From: Stegostoma tigrinum
Taxonomy: Eukaryota
Assembly (NCBI RefSeq): GCF_030684315.1
Contig: NC_081379.1
Coordinates: forward strand, 16,894,637-16,958,636
DNA: 64,000 bases
Reading direction: 5' to 3'
The notes beneath the pieces are model-generated. The model did not search any database. It saw only the letters and a list, made by a program, of their open reading frames with translations, and was not told the DNA's origin. The translations under genes were made by a program, and so were the position numbers. This document shows, one piece after another, positions 1-12,726 of this stretch (position 1 is its first letter; the number at the start of each line of letters is the position of its first letter).

Positions 1-365
1 TTCAAGGAACCACACATTTTAACTTTCTGCCTTCCACTTCACAATTACTCCACCCAACTTTGTGACAAAGGCAAGTGCGCTAAATGCCTTTTTGACCACC
101 CTACTATCTATATATGACACAAACTTCAAAGAGTCATGTACCTGAGCCCCTAGTGTTGTTCTACAACACTACCCAAGATCCTGTCATTAACTGTTCAATC
201 CCTGTCCCTGTTTGTTGTACCAAGATGTTGTACCTTTCATTTATCGAAATTGAATTCCATCTGTTACTCTTCAGCCCTCTTTTGGAAAGTAACAAATAAT
301 ATGGATAAAGGGGAAGCAATTAATGCGGCATAACACACCTAGATTTCCAAGAAGGTATTTGATGA

Positions 366-858
366 GGGCAGTGCAGTGGCTCAGGGTGGCATGTTGGCTC
401 AGGGGTTAGCAGTGCTGCCTCGTAGCACCAGGGACCCAGGTTCATTTCTACCCTCAGGCACCTGTCTGCGTGGAGTTTGCATATCCTCCCCATGTCATAG
501 AACATAGAACATAGAACAATACAGTGCAGAACAGGCCTTTCGGCCCTCGATGTTGCGCCGACCTGTGAACTAATCTAAGCCCCTCCCCTTACACTATCTC
601 ATCATTATCCATATGCTTATCCATATGTCTAAATGGGATTCCTCCCACAATCCAAGGATGTTCAATTTAGGTGGATTGGCCATGCTAAATTGCCCAGTGT
701 TCAGGATATGAATGTTAGTTGCATTAGCCATGGGAAATGTAGAAATACAGCGAAAGGGTAGGGGGATGTGTCTGGGTGGGATGCTCTTCAGAGGATTAGT
801 GTGGCCTTGTTGGGATGAATGGACTGTTTCCACACTGTATGGATTCTATTCTATTCTA
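366..858 (+). mobile_element. tRNA-derived V-SINE (HE1-like) interrupted by a CR1 3' fragment
   Basis: tRNA-like head (tggctcaggggttagc...ggttca), V-domain-like core (cctcccacaatccaaggatg...ggattggccatgctaaattgccc) and (attct)n tail. An antisense CR1 tail with (catagaa)n is inserted at about 496-625. Confidence 0.8.
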
Positions 859-2260
859 GATTTGATTAGGTTAAAACACAAAGTGAGAGCTCATGGTGTT
901 AGGATAACATATTAGCACAGATAGAGGATTGGTTAGTTAACTGAAAGTAAAATGTAGGGATAAATAAGTGACATTCAGGTTGTCAAATTGTAACTAGTGG
1001 AGTGCCATTGGGATTAGTGCTGGACTGCCATTATTTATATCTTATATCACTAATTTTAATGGAAGCACTGAATGTATGTTTGATAAATTTGCTGATCACA
1101 CAATGATAGATTGAAGAATAGGTGATGAAGAGAGTCTGCAAAGAGATATGGATAAGTTAAGTGAACAGGCAAAAGTTTGTCAGATCGGGTATGAAGTGGG
1201 TAAATGCAAACTTTTATTTAGCAGAACGAACAGAAAAGCCTTATTTAAATAGATGGAGTTTGTAGAACAGTGTGGTATGGAGGGAATTGTGTGGCATCGT
1301 ACATGAATCAGCAGACATTAGATTACAGGTTCAGCAAGTAACTAGGAAGACAAATGGAATATTGGTGGTTATTGTGAGGGAAATTAAGTAAAAAGTAAGC
1401 AGATTTTGGGACAGCTGTATATTAGGGCTGTTTAGTTCAGCTGGCTGGAAAACTGTCTTGTGATGCACAGTGATGCAACTTCATGGGCTCAGTTCCCACA
1501 CTTACCATGAAGAACTCTCCTCAAACTCTCCCCTCAGTTGAGTCATAATTAAAGTACCACCTAGTTGTCTCTCTTTAATGAGAGAGCAGCCCTACGGTCT
1601 GATAGGACTATGGTGACTTTACTTTTTACAGTGAATTTGGTGAGACCATATCTGGAGTACTGCATATTAGTATTTACTGAAAGGATGCAATAGCATTGGA
1701 AACACGTTGCAGAAGTTTCACTTGACTGATTCCTGAGATGAAGGGGTTATCTTATGAGGAAGGTTAGACATGATATAACTCCACAAAGGCCTGTATCCTT
1801 CATCAAGTCATCCTTTGTTTACCCATGGAGAGTCCTTGTTACTGATCCAGCTACCGTAAAGCCAGCTTTGAGACTGAACAGAAGGCCCTGGCTCGAAACG
1901 TCAACTTTCCTGCTCCTCTAATGCTGTCTGGCCTGCTGTGTTCCTCCAGGCCCACTCCGTATTAGCTCTAGCCCTTGTAGTAGAGTCCAGAAGTGGGAGA
2001 GAGCGTTTAAAATACGGGTTTTTTCATTTAACATGCAGCTGAGAGAAAATTTTTCTGTCTCAGAGGGTCATTAGTTTGTAGAATACACTTTACCAGAGAG
2101 AACTGGGGACAGGATCATTGAGTATTTTTAAGGTTGCTTTACATTTTTGACTGATAAAAGATTCAAAGGTTATAGGGAAGACAGGAAAGTGAAATTGAGG
2201 CCACATTCAGATCAAATGGCTCAGGCTCAAGGGTCCAAATGTCCTAATCACTCCTAATTC
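859..2260 (+). mobile_element. Old degenerate CR1 LINE (RT region) with nested SINE (~1422-1626) and PLE 3' fragment (~1880-1968)
   Basis: Decayed GVP-G-VLG, KFAD and RPYLEYC-type motifs with many stops. The nested pieces are recognised by similarity to other copies in the window. Confidence 0.7.
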
Positions 2261-2558
2261 ACACATCGATATATTTGTAATTATAGAACTATGTTTTCAT
2301 GCAATATTTGACTGTTTGAACTGTACAAAGTTGAGAAATTAAATTAAATGATTTGATTTCCACACATTTCAGGCTAGGTGATGGAATCCTAATGTTGTAA
2401 CAAATTGTTTGTGTGGGGGCTGTCTCTAATCACAAGGCAAAGTCTTGATATTTATCTCCTGTCATAAAAAAGTGTGGCCACTGCGTGTCAGTGTAGATCT
2501 ACAATTAACAACAACCTGAACTGGACAATTGGAACAGACCAGAGCGTAAATTCAATGA

Positions 2559-2587
2559 TAATGGGAACTGCAGATGCTGGAGACGCT
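2559..2587 (-). mobile_element. Tail-only Penelope-like micro-insertion with 13-bp TSD
   Basis: (ga)taatgggaactgcagatgctggaga is identical to the PLE tail at 45472-45498. It is flanked by gtaaattcaatga at 2546-2558 and 2588-2600. Confidence 0.8.
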
Positions 2588-3024
2588 GTAAATTCAATGA
2601 CTTCAGTTCGGTTGTATAACAGTTTATTGAGACAATGTTCAATGTATATCATTGTGATTTCATTGATTTACACTACAATAGTTCAACAACTCTCACCTGG
2701 ATTGGGAAGTAAAGCAAGTGGGTAAAAGAATGGGCAGATCAGTGTGCCTGGTGGGTACGGTGGGTACTGGGCCCTGTTAAACTTTTCTTTTCAATGTATG
2801 TGTATCAATTACAATACAGGAATTGGTAAAATATAAATGTGGGTTCTTTATTTGAAGAAAAGACTATTTACAGGTAATGTTCAAAGGGAGAAAACATGGG
2901 ACTAATACATTCTGTACTTTCCAGTTCTGTATTAAGGTAGGTATTAAGTAGTTTAAAATACACCTACTAAAAATATGTATGTGGTTTATCACAAGAGGCA
3001 GAGCAGACAGTTTGATAGTTAGGC

Positions 3025-3430
3025 ATGGTGGTGTCTGGGCAGGAGGGTCAGGAATTGGAGGAGGGGGTGCAGATGGATTGGATTGGGAGGTATTTACAGG
3101 TTGGGACTCCTGATGAAAGGTCAGGGCAGGTCATTGGTCGTGGAGGCTGGACAGCTTGGATTATGGGGCAGTCAGCTGATGGGACAGGTCAGGTCAAAGT
3201 GAGCTGGAGGATGTGGTCAGGTCAATATCTGGATGGGGCTGGTGTCAGGTCCAGTTTTGATGGGGTCTGGGGTCAGGTCAAGATGTGGTCCCGGCTGGGG
3301 TCAGCTCGGGTCAAAGTATGGTGGGGGCTGGGGTCAGCTTGGATCAAGGTGTAATAGGTACTGGGGTCAAGTCAGGTCAGAGTATGGTTGGAACTGAGGT
3401 CAAGGTGTGATCAGGTCTTGTCAGGCCTGC
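3025..3430. repeat. G-rich low-complexity tract with degenerate ggtca/gggtcagg repeats
   Basis: Many ggtca units at irregular spacing, strongly G-skewed on the + strand. Confidence 0.6.
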
Positions 3431-4189
3431 TTCCGTACTTTATTAGAGGGAAGAGTGCTCTTCAGGTCAGGAGGCAGAATGACAGATTCCCTCAATGGCA
3501 CAGTGGAGAAGGAGACCATTTGGCTGATCATGCCAGCCCAAACTTCTGGGAAGAGCTAGCCAACTAGTCCCATTCCCTCTTGCTGCCTACCCATAGCTCT
3601 GTAAAACCTTTCAAGTAGTTCTCCATTTTCCATTTGCAAGTTACCAGTGAATCTGCTGCCATCATCATTTTGGGCAGTGCATTTCAGACTTTTACTCACT
3701 GCATAATGTTTTCCATTAATATTATCCCCACTGCTTTTGGTGCATTACCTAAAATCTATATCCTCTGTTAATTGACTCTTTTGCCACTGGAGGCAGGCGG
3801 GGAGGAAGGTAAATAGGCTGCCAGGGAGGGACAGCCAGGCTTATGTCACGCCATCTTCCACAAAGTGCCCAGCCCCACTCTCTCACTAGGTTCTGCCAAT
3901 GTTAACAAATAAAATGACATCTCGTTTAACAATCTTCAACAAAAAGTTCAGGTTATTTTTCTAAGTACTGCAATAACACTGATGTCCATAGATGTCACTG
4001 CAATGCAAACGTTGAATGTAACGTTTCCGGGTGCCTTTTTGAATAAGCAAAATTGAAAATAATTTTAATGCCTTAATGGGTGATACTGTTGCTTCATGTG
4101 GCACGGGGCTACTCCGACCTGACATGCTCCATCCTTGGCTTGTATTATTTTTGCCCATCTCAACCAACATAAGGGTCTGGGAGGTAAAA

Positions 4190-4940
4190 CAATAGGTATA
4201 AATGGACAGAAAATTTCCATCAGTCTTCCTGCAAAGATGCAAGGTGGAGGGTATACCCCTGTCCGCATCAGTAGTGCTGAGGTGGAAATGGTTGAGAGTT
4301 TTGAGTTTCTAGGAGTGATGGTCACCAACAATCTGTTCTGGTCTACTCACATTGACACTATGGCCAAGAAAGCACAACAACACCTCTATTTCCTCAGGAA
4401 GCTAAGGAAATTTAGCATGTCCAGAAAGAATTTACCAATTCTTATAGATGCACCATAGAATGTATTCTATCCAGATACATTGTGGCTTGGTATGGCAAAT
4501 TTCTGCCCAGAAACTACAGAGACTTGTGAACACAGCCTAATCCATTACGCAAGCTAACCTTCCATCCACTGACTCCATCTATACTTCCAGCTGCCTCTGC
4601 AAGGCAGCCAACATTATCAAAGACCCTCTCACCCCAGCTATAATCTCTTCTAACCTCCTCTGTCTGGCAGAAGATACAAAAGCTTAAACATACGTACCAA
4701 CACATTCAAGAACAGCCTCTTCCCTGCTGTTATTAGACTTCTGAATGGACCTCCCAAATTTTAAATTTAATGCTAGTCTCATTCCTTGAGCACTTTCTCT
4801 GCAGTTGTAACATTGTAATCATGGTTCTGTTCTATTACCCTAGTGTACTATGCAAGGTATGATCTACCTAAACTGTACACGAAACAAAACTTTGCATTGT
4901 CCCCAGGCACCTGTGACAATAATAAATCAAATCATATCAA
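4190..4940 (+). mobile_element. Rex1/Babar-like non-LTR retrotransposon, 5'-truncated
   Basis: ORF 4135-4458 contains VEMVESFEFLGV..TNNLFWSTHI...KKAQQHLYFLRKLRKF, typical of the Rex1 post-RT region. The 3' end reads gtgacaataataaatcaaatca. Confidence 0.8.
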
Positions 4941-5254
4941 ATTCAGATTACTAACCAATCATTTCTGTTGGAAATTTGAGATTGAGCAAAAATGTGTTAT
5001 ATCAGCCAGGCTGACTTCAAGATTAAGTAGCCTGTCAACATTCTTACTTTCCAACTGGGCTGAAGATTCACATAGGTTGAATTTCTCCTGATCATTCTTC
5101 TCCTCTCAGTGCAAAACCCACTTCCAGCTGGTGCTTATTAAATATGGTGATTGCAAAGTGTCCATTTGTAACTGCAGATAATGCAGCAGTTTCGCCCACA
5201 GCATGCCTTAGATAATGTTTTGGTTTGGGCTGATCAGTGACATGCAGCAGCTTT

Positions 5255-5730
5255 ACCATTCAAAAGACAGGCATTGACCACCTCCAACAAAAGGGCTTCT
5301 AACTCTTTTCCCTTAACACTCAACAGCTTTACAAAATTTGAATGTCATACCATCAGCATTTTGGGGGGACCACTATTGACCAGCAATTTAGATGGATCTG
5401 TGACATAAATACAGCATCTATAAGAACATTAGTGGCTAGGAACTCTGGAGTGAATAATTCATCATCTAACTTTCCATCATCTTTGACACAAAAGCTGGAA
5501 GTGCTTTCCAATTGAATTGGATACATGCAGCTCCAAGTACATCCTGAGAAGCTAGATTCCATCCAGGACAAAGCAGTCCAGTTGATGACTCCCCATTCAC
5601 TCTCTTACATATTCACTCCTTCCACCACTAGTACACGGTGATTACAGTGTGTCGACAAGATGCATTGCAATAACTAGTGAAGGCTCCCTTAGCAGCACCT
5701 CCCTTCCCAAACGCGCGATCTCCACTGCCC
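5255..5730 (+). mobile_element. Fragment of the tRNA-headed CR1-group LINE family
   Basis: Matches 59750-60190 (ccatccaggacaaagcag..., cactccttccaccac...). Confidence 0.65.
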
Positions 5731-6519
5731 TATGTTGAGGTACTAAATACTCGACACTTGTAGCTAGAACCATTGGATTAGAGTCCTACTATATTAAACA
5801 GCCAAATTCAGCAAAATTAATATAGACAGGCCTTGTGGAGCACTGCGACAAAAATCAACATTTCAAAAGGACCTAACTAACATTAAATAAAAGTGTTATT
5901 GTAGAAAGTGATGATGCAGCCCAGTGTTTGCTGCTTGTGGAAGGTCTGAAGTGAAGTGGCCGACATTGCTTACCCCCTTTCCAAGGACACTTTGGCATGA
6001 ATGTAAAATGAAGGAGGGAGGCAATCTGGTGCAATGTTGATGGCTACCTTGACCAGGCCCAGAAGCAGACCCACAAGTGGGTCCCTCTCACCACTGGGTA
6101 TCCAAAGTTCAGGAGCACGGAGCTGCCCCTTTAAGAACAACAAAAAGCGACTGAAGCCTCTAATGGTCTGTTTATGCATGACTGACAGAATCCTCACGGC
6201 TCAGCGAATCTACTTGACGGATGATTACCTTGGTCCTTTGTGAACCATACCCTCTGACCCAGTGCCTGATGGTAAATGGGAAGATCTCCATGTAGACAGA
6301 CTGCTGTTAGAAGCCTCCCCCAGCACTGGCTGGGAAACTGGAACATCATGATGTGTCCAAAGGGCAGACGAAGGGAAGATTGCGAATGGTGTAAAGCAGG
6401 AGCCTATTCAGTCCAGTCCAGCATTCAGTATGATCATGGATGATCCTTTCACTCAATACCATACTTCCACTCACTCCCCATACTCCTTGAGGCCTTTTGT
6501 GTCTAGAAATCTGATCTAA

Positions 6520-8604
6520 AAGTTAAAATTTTAAATTGGAGTAAAGTTCATTTGATGGTATTAGGTAAGAAAATTCAAAGATTGATTGGAAGAGGCTATT
6601 CACAGGTAAAAAGGGTGGTTGGGGAGTGGGAGGCCTTCAAAAACAAGATAATCAAAGTCCAAAGGCAATATGTTTCTGTTAGTGTGAAGGGCAAGGTTGG
6701 TAGGTGTAGGGAATGCTACATGATGAGAGAAGTCAAATCTCTAGCCAAGAAAAAGGAGGCAAATGGCAGGTAAAGACAGCTGGCATTGAATAAATCCCTC
6801 GCGGAATAGAGGGCAGTAGGAGTATACTCAAGAGTGAAATCAGGAGGGCAAAAAGGGGACATGAGATAGCTTTGGCAAATAGGGTTAAAGAGAATCCAAA
6901 GAGAGTCTACAAACACATTAAGGATAAAAGGGTAACTAGGAAGAGAATAGGGCCCTTTTAAAATCAACAAGGCTGTCTATGTGTGGAACCGCAGGATTCG
7001 GGTGAGATATTAAATGAGTATTTTGTGTCAGTGTTTCCTGTGGAGTAGGATATGGAAACTAGAGAACTTGGAGAAATAAATAGTGATATCTTGAAAAGTG
7101 TCAATATTCAGGAACTGAACATCTTAAAATCCCCAGAACCTGATCAGGTGTAGCCTAGAATCCTGTGGGAAGCTAGGGGAGTGGTTGTTGGGCCCCTTGC
7201 TGAGATATTTGTATCATTGATAGTCACAGGTGAGAGGCCAGAAGATTGGGGGGTGGATAATGTGGTGCCATTACTTAAGAAGGGTAGTAAGGAAAAGCCA
7301 GGGAACTACAGACTGATGAACCTACTATCAGCGGTGGGTAAGTTGTTGGAGGCATTTCTGAGGGACAGGATTTACATGTATTTGGAAAGGCAAGGACTGA
7401 TTTTAGGTAGTCAACTTGGTTTTGTGCATGGGAAGTCATCTCACTAACTTGATTGAGTCTTTTGAAGAAGTGACAATGAAGATTAATGAAGGCAGAATGG
7501 TATACATTGGCAATATGGACTTCAGCAAGATGTTCAACAAGGTTCCACGAAGTAGAATTGGTTAGCAAGGTTAGATCATATGGAATCCAGGGACGGCTAT
7601 CCATTTGGATACAAAATTGGCTTTGAAGGTAGGGGACAGAGAGACAGAGAGGTAGAGACTGGAGGCCTGTGACCAGTGGTGTGTTGCAAGGATTAGTGTT
7701 GGATCCATTGTTTTTTGTCATTTATATAAATGATTTTGGATATGAATACCTGAAGAATGGTTAGTAAGTTTGCAGATGACACCAAAATTGGTGGTGTAGT
7801 CAATAATGAAGAAGTTTGTCTCAAAGTACAATGGGACATTGCTCAGATGTGCCAATGGGCTGAAAATCGGTAGATGGAGTTTAATTTTGAAAATTTGACA
7901 TGTTGCATTTTGGTGAAGTAAATCAGGGCAGGACTTATACAGTTAATGGCAGGCTCCTGGGAGTGTTGGTGAACAAAGAGACTTTGGGGTTCATAGTTCC
8001 TTGGAGGTGGAGTTGCAGGCAGACAGAGTTGTGAAGAAGGTGTTGGTATGCTTGTCTTTATTGGTCAGTGCATTGAGTATAGGAGTTGGGAGGTCATGTT
8101 GCAGCTGTATCGGACATTAGTTCGGCCACTTTTGGAATACTGCATTCAATTCTGGAATCCTTGCTATACGTAAGATGTTAAACTTGAAAGGGTGCAGAAA
8201 TGCCTTATGTAGATGTTGCTATGGTTGGACAATTTGATCTATAGGGAGAGACTGAGGGGTGACTTTGTAGAGATTTGCAAAATCATGAGGGACATGGATA
8301 GGGTGAATTGCCAAGGTCCTTTTCATAGGGTTGGATGTCCAAAACTAGACAGCATAGGTTAAAGGGGAAAGATTTAAAAGGGACCTGAAGGACAACTTTT
8401 TTACACAGAGAATGGTGTGTGTATGAAAGTGGTGGAAACTGGTACAATCACACCATTCTGGATGGGTATATGAATAGGAAGAGTTCGAAGGGTATGGGCC
8501 AAATGCTGGCAAATGAGACTAGATTAATTTAGGCTATCTGGTCGGCATGGATGAGTTGGATTGAAACGTCTGTTTCTGTGCTGTACAACTCTATGACTCT
8601 ATGA
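6520..8604 (+). mobile_element. CR1 LINE (HER1-like) ORF2 3' half, decayed, nested in an older antisense CR1 tail (~6390-6515, ~8605-8715)
   Basis: Contains PEDW..NVVPL.KKG.KEKPGNYR, MDFSK.F.KVP and KFADDTKIGG motifs, and ends in (ctatgact)n. Confidence 0.9.
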
Positions 8605-9189
8605 GTCTAAATCCATTTGTTTCTTAAAGACATTCAGTGACTTGGCCTCCACACCTTTCTGTGGTAGAGAAGTCCATTGGTTCATCACCCTCTGACAAAA
8701 GAAATTTCTAATCATTTAATTATATATTGCATTATTATAAAAAGTTATATTTGTATGAAATATATATTGCACATACTCATTGTTAAGGCCACGTATGTGG
8801 CATGAGAAATATATATGCACCTTTGAGAAGGAGGCTCAATGTTTGGCTATTGCTGGAGGTTCTGAAGCCAATAAGTCGCTATTTGGGTTCAAACAAACAC
8901 TAGCTCCTGACTGCCCTCCCCAAGCAGCAGATCTCGAGTCTTAGCAGAGACCTGGTGCTGCTCTTTTTCCCAGAAGAATTGTGAGTACCACCTGCACCTT
9001 CAAGACAAAGTCTGGGGGAGCAATTACCATAACCAACTGGTTTATGATCAACACTTAAACACTGTAGGGTAGCACTCACAATCGTTCTAACCAACTCTCT
9101 AGGAAGTAGTAACTTTGGTCTCCAGCTCTTGCCAGTTCACTGGCCAAGATTGCTTAGCAGGATGGACTGAGATAGATACTTAAATAGAA

Positions 9190-11270
9190 AAATCAAGTAA
9201 TCCTCCAGGCGAAGCACCTGGCCTCCTTGGGCAGGGAGTCCATCCATCATTGATGGAGTAGGAATGTGGAACTTTTTCCCAGTAGATTCCTGCATAGGGC
9301 TTGGAGAGCATGTTTCTTGGCACTTGCAGTTCCTGTGCAGATCAACTTATCTATGAATGTGAGGAGCGCATCATAAGCTAACTGCCTCCAAGCCAAATGC
9401 ACAGACAAGAAGCACAGGAATGTATTCACTCAAATAGAATACAACTGACCATCTAAGGGGTAGCAGCATGTACTCCTCATCCAAAGAGAAGGGGCACTAT
9501 CTAGGACCCATCAGCCTTAATAAGACACTTTGGGGCAGCATACAGAGATGGAACCTGGGTGACAAACTGCATCCTGAACCCAAATGTTTGAGAGTCCCAA
9601 ATAAATGTCCATCATTTTCCCTGTCAAACCACTGCTCCTGATTAAGGGACAGGAAGATGGCCCATAAACAAGTCCAGTGGGAAAATTGGCTCAGATCGTG
9701 GACTAGATAGATGTTGTCATAAGCAGTCTGGACTGGGTCAGCGTAAGACTGGTCAGGGTGGATCATGTGGTCCAGTCAGCAAAATATCACCAAGGCCAAC
9801 ATTTTGTAGTTTGTGCTGAGAAGGGAGACCGGGCCCCAGTTTTTCGGCAAAGATCGCCCATTTGGCAATGGGATTATGGTGGCCCTGCGCTATGACAGGG
9901 TCATCTCCCCAGTCATGAAACATTCCTTCAGGACTGATCAATCCATAGGACATTCCAGAACACCTTGTGAAATTCCACAGTGAGCCCATTCAGCTCAAGG
10001 AATTTTCTTTTGTTGGATGTTGCAGGCAAGGCCAGCTTTTATAGCCCAGATGGGAGTTATGAGACAACTTCATTGCTACAGACCTGGAGTCAGATGGAGG
10101 CCATACCAGGTAAGGACATAGATTTTCCTCTCTCAAGGGCATTAGTGAACCAAATGGCTTTTTCTGATAATCAACAACAGTTTCATAGAGATCATTAGTT
10201 TTTTCATCCCATCATCGGGCATAGCATAATTCAAACCTGTGAGAACTGATTGAGAACAGGAGCGAATTCCTTTTGACTAACTGGAATATTAAGATGCTTG
10301 GCTTCCCTGAACCAAACTGTAACAGGTCCTTCTTCAGAACTTAGTCATTATCCTCACTGAATAGACCCAGAGACAACAGGACGTTTTAATAGTCTCAGGT
10401 TTGGTTCTGATTCTCTTGGAATCCAAGGAAAGGGATCCTTTTTGTTGACTGCATTACAAAGTGCAGATGGACCCTATGCCTATTTTTCAGGAAGTAGCAG
10501 AAAGGGGAGCAATAGTCTAGAACTTAAGGGATTGACCCATGACCTCAACACATACCTCAGGACCTGATGAGTTGCAAGTCCCTTCGCACACCACTTTTCT
10601 CTTTGTATATCTCCCACAAAGAAGGTTCTTTGATGGCTTGACCAATATGTAACTCCAGGTTGAGCACATCTTTCTTCAACTACTCAATCTTGGATTTTTG
10701 CCCTTTTGTAACCTATTTATGTATTGTTCAGAGAAGATGAGGACATGAGTCTTGCCCATGTACCCCCACAACCTCAAGGAGCAGAATCCTTCCAGATTAT
10801 TTCTCCAGCTAAGGTAAAGTGACAGAAAATGTCCTGGAACTGCTCAGCCTCTAGCAGCAAGCTGTGGACCCCGGCTGAAACTGGAATGGAACAAGATTCC
10901 TCCACATCGGACTATGGCTTGAGCATAGCTCATGCTATACAGAAGCTATGGGAACACAGAAAATACATGCCTGAGAAATATAATGGCACTCAATTCTGCA
11001 CACAGACTTCACACAGATGAAGGCTAAGGCATCAAGACAGAAATGTCACCAGACATCCACCAAGTCAAAGGTCTAACCAAATCCTTTAAATTCTATGTTG
11101 ATGCCGAGCAGTGCTTGGGTACCACCACAGTCCTGAGCCTCAGGGATTCAGTTAATATCCCTTCCCAGGAAGATGAATTTGTCCTCATTAGTGAACTTGA
11201 GAAGAGTGCTCAGTTCTTCAACCAAACTCCTTTGCTGCAGCCCAGCACCAGGAGCACTCACAAAGTGATA
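9190..11270 (-). mobile_element. Decayed Tx1/L1-clade non-LTR retrotransposon (APE + RT)
   Basis: ORF 9497-9766 (IHPDQSY..P.QTAYDNIYLVHDL...FLSLNQEQWFDR....LFGTL) matches the Tx1 RT pattern IHPDQ..VPGR.I.DN..L.RD...SLDQEKAFDRV. The minus strand near 11050-11260 reads V.AP...EELSTLL...FLGRDIN...DLVDVW (APE). A SINE fragment is nested at about 9990-10220. Confidence 0.75.
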
Positions 11271-11279
11271 CACAATAAC

Positions 11280-11470
11280 GTTGTAGACTTGCTCACTAAG
11301 CTGATGGGTTTGGTTGCAAACTTTTCGTCATCCTGCTAGTGCACCTCCTGTGAAGTAGTGGTGTTCTGACTCACTTGTATTTATATGCCTCAGTTTGTTG
11401 TGGTGTTTGGTATTACTCCCGGTTCTGTTTCTCAGTAGTTTGTACACAGCGTCTAGTTCAATTGTGTGAG
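11280..11470 (-). mobile_element. 3' end of a Penelope/Poseidon-type PLE (family distinct from the Neptune copies)
   Basis: The minus strand reads ..IELDAVYKLLRNRTG-like C-terminus, then tagcaggatgacGAAAagtttgcaaccaaac, a partly deleted hammerhead-like end. Confidence 0.45.
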
Positions 11471-12127
11471 GTTAGAAATAGTGACCATCAGCACAGTGGC
11501 ATCATGTGTCAATATCCCACTCACACTGAGCCCCTCTCTCGGTGTATTGTACACTGCTCGGTCAGTCTCGTATTGCAAAATTTGAAAGCCATAATAATGT
11601 TTGAATCTCTCTCCTCATGTTGAGTTGGATGGAGATCTTTACTCTTTGGTTGCTGGTTATGAGTCTAAAGGGTAATGGGACCAGTTGAGTAGCAGGACAG
11701 GAGAAGTGATTACCCTTCATCAATGCAGCAGGGTCCCAACACTGACAATTGTTTAAGGCTCACATTCGATAATTTGCTTCAAAACAGTCTGGTCAAGAGG
11801 AAGGCAAGGTCAAGAACTGTCTTCATTCTAAGTTTCCTTTTAAAGTTATTTATGACAATATGAAGACAAAATGCTATAATACATGGTATTCAGCCATATT
11901 TCAGGCTCTAATCTTCCTGTTACATTGTGGAAAGACTACTCCTACTCTATAACTTAATGCTTGTTAGTCTACTCCATATGTTTCTCTCTTCTATTCTTTA
12001 ACTCTGCTCACATTGTGCTTTTTCTGCCCAGTGAAGAGCAACTCTGTGACATCATGACGAAGTTGTGCCAAGGTCCTAAAGCCCATAAATAATAGACCCT
12101 TTACTAACTTTAGCGTCCCGTCATAAT

Positions 12128-12510
12128 CACTCATATCCCACACACACCTCTCCAAGCTTTAATGCCCTGTTATAAACACTCATATCCCACACACACACCT
12201 CTCCAAGCTTTAATGCCCTGTTATAAACACTCATATCCCACACACACACCTCTCCAAGCTTTAATGCCCTGTTATAAACACTCATATCCCACACACACAC
12301 CTCTCCAAGCTTTAATGCCCTGTTATAAACACTCATATCCCACACACACACCTCTCCAAGCTTTAATGCCCTGTTATAAACACTCATATCCCACACACAC
12401 ACCTCTCCAAGTTTTAATGCCCTGTTATAAACACTCATATCCCACACACACACCTCTCCAAGCTTTAATGCCCAGTTATAATCATCCATATCCCACGCAC
12501 ACACCTCCCC
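12128..12510. repeat. 51-bp minisatellite, about 7.5 copies
   Basis: Unit cactcatatcccacacacacacctctccaagctttaatgccctgttataaa in near-identical copies. It produces 17-aa periodic ORFs on both strands. Confidence 0.95.
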
Positions 12511-12726
12511 AAACTTTTGTTCCTTATCATGAACACATATATATTCTCAAGTGAGTTACCTATGGTACTCTTTTTTTTTAATTTTTACAACATTTACTGT
12601 ATTTTTACCTCATATTTCCTACACTCCTCAAAAGTTGTATTTGATCCCTCTGTGTCAATAGATGAGCCAGAAAGGTAAATGGCAAGGTATAAAAACTATT
12701 GCTGCAAAATCAATGAATTTTCTTTC

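Noticed and set aside
12127-12554. 125-130 aa repetitive ORFs, or a CRISPR-like array
   Set aside because: Head-to-tail minisatellite with no unique spacers. The ORFs are a by-product of the 51-bp unit.
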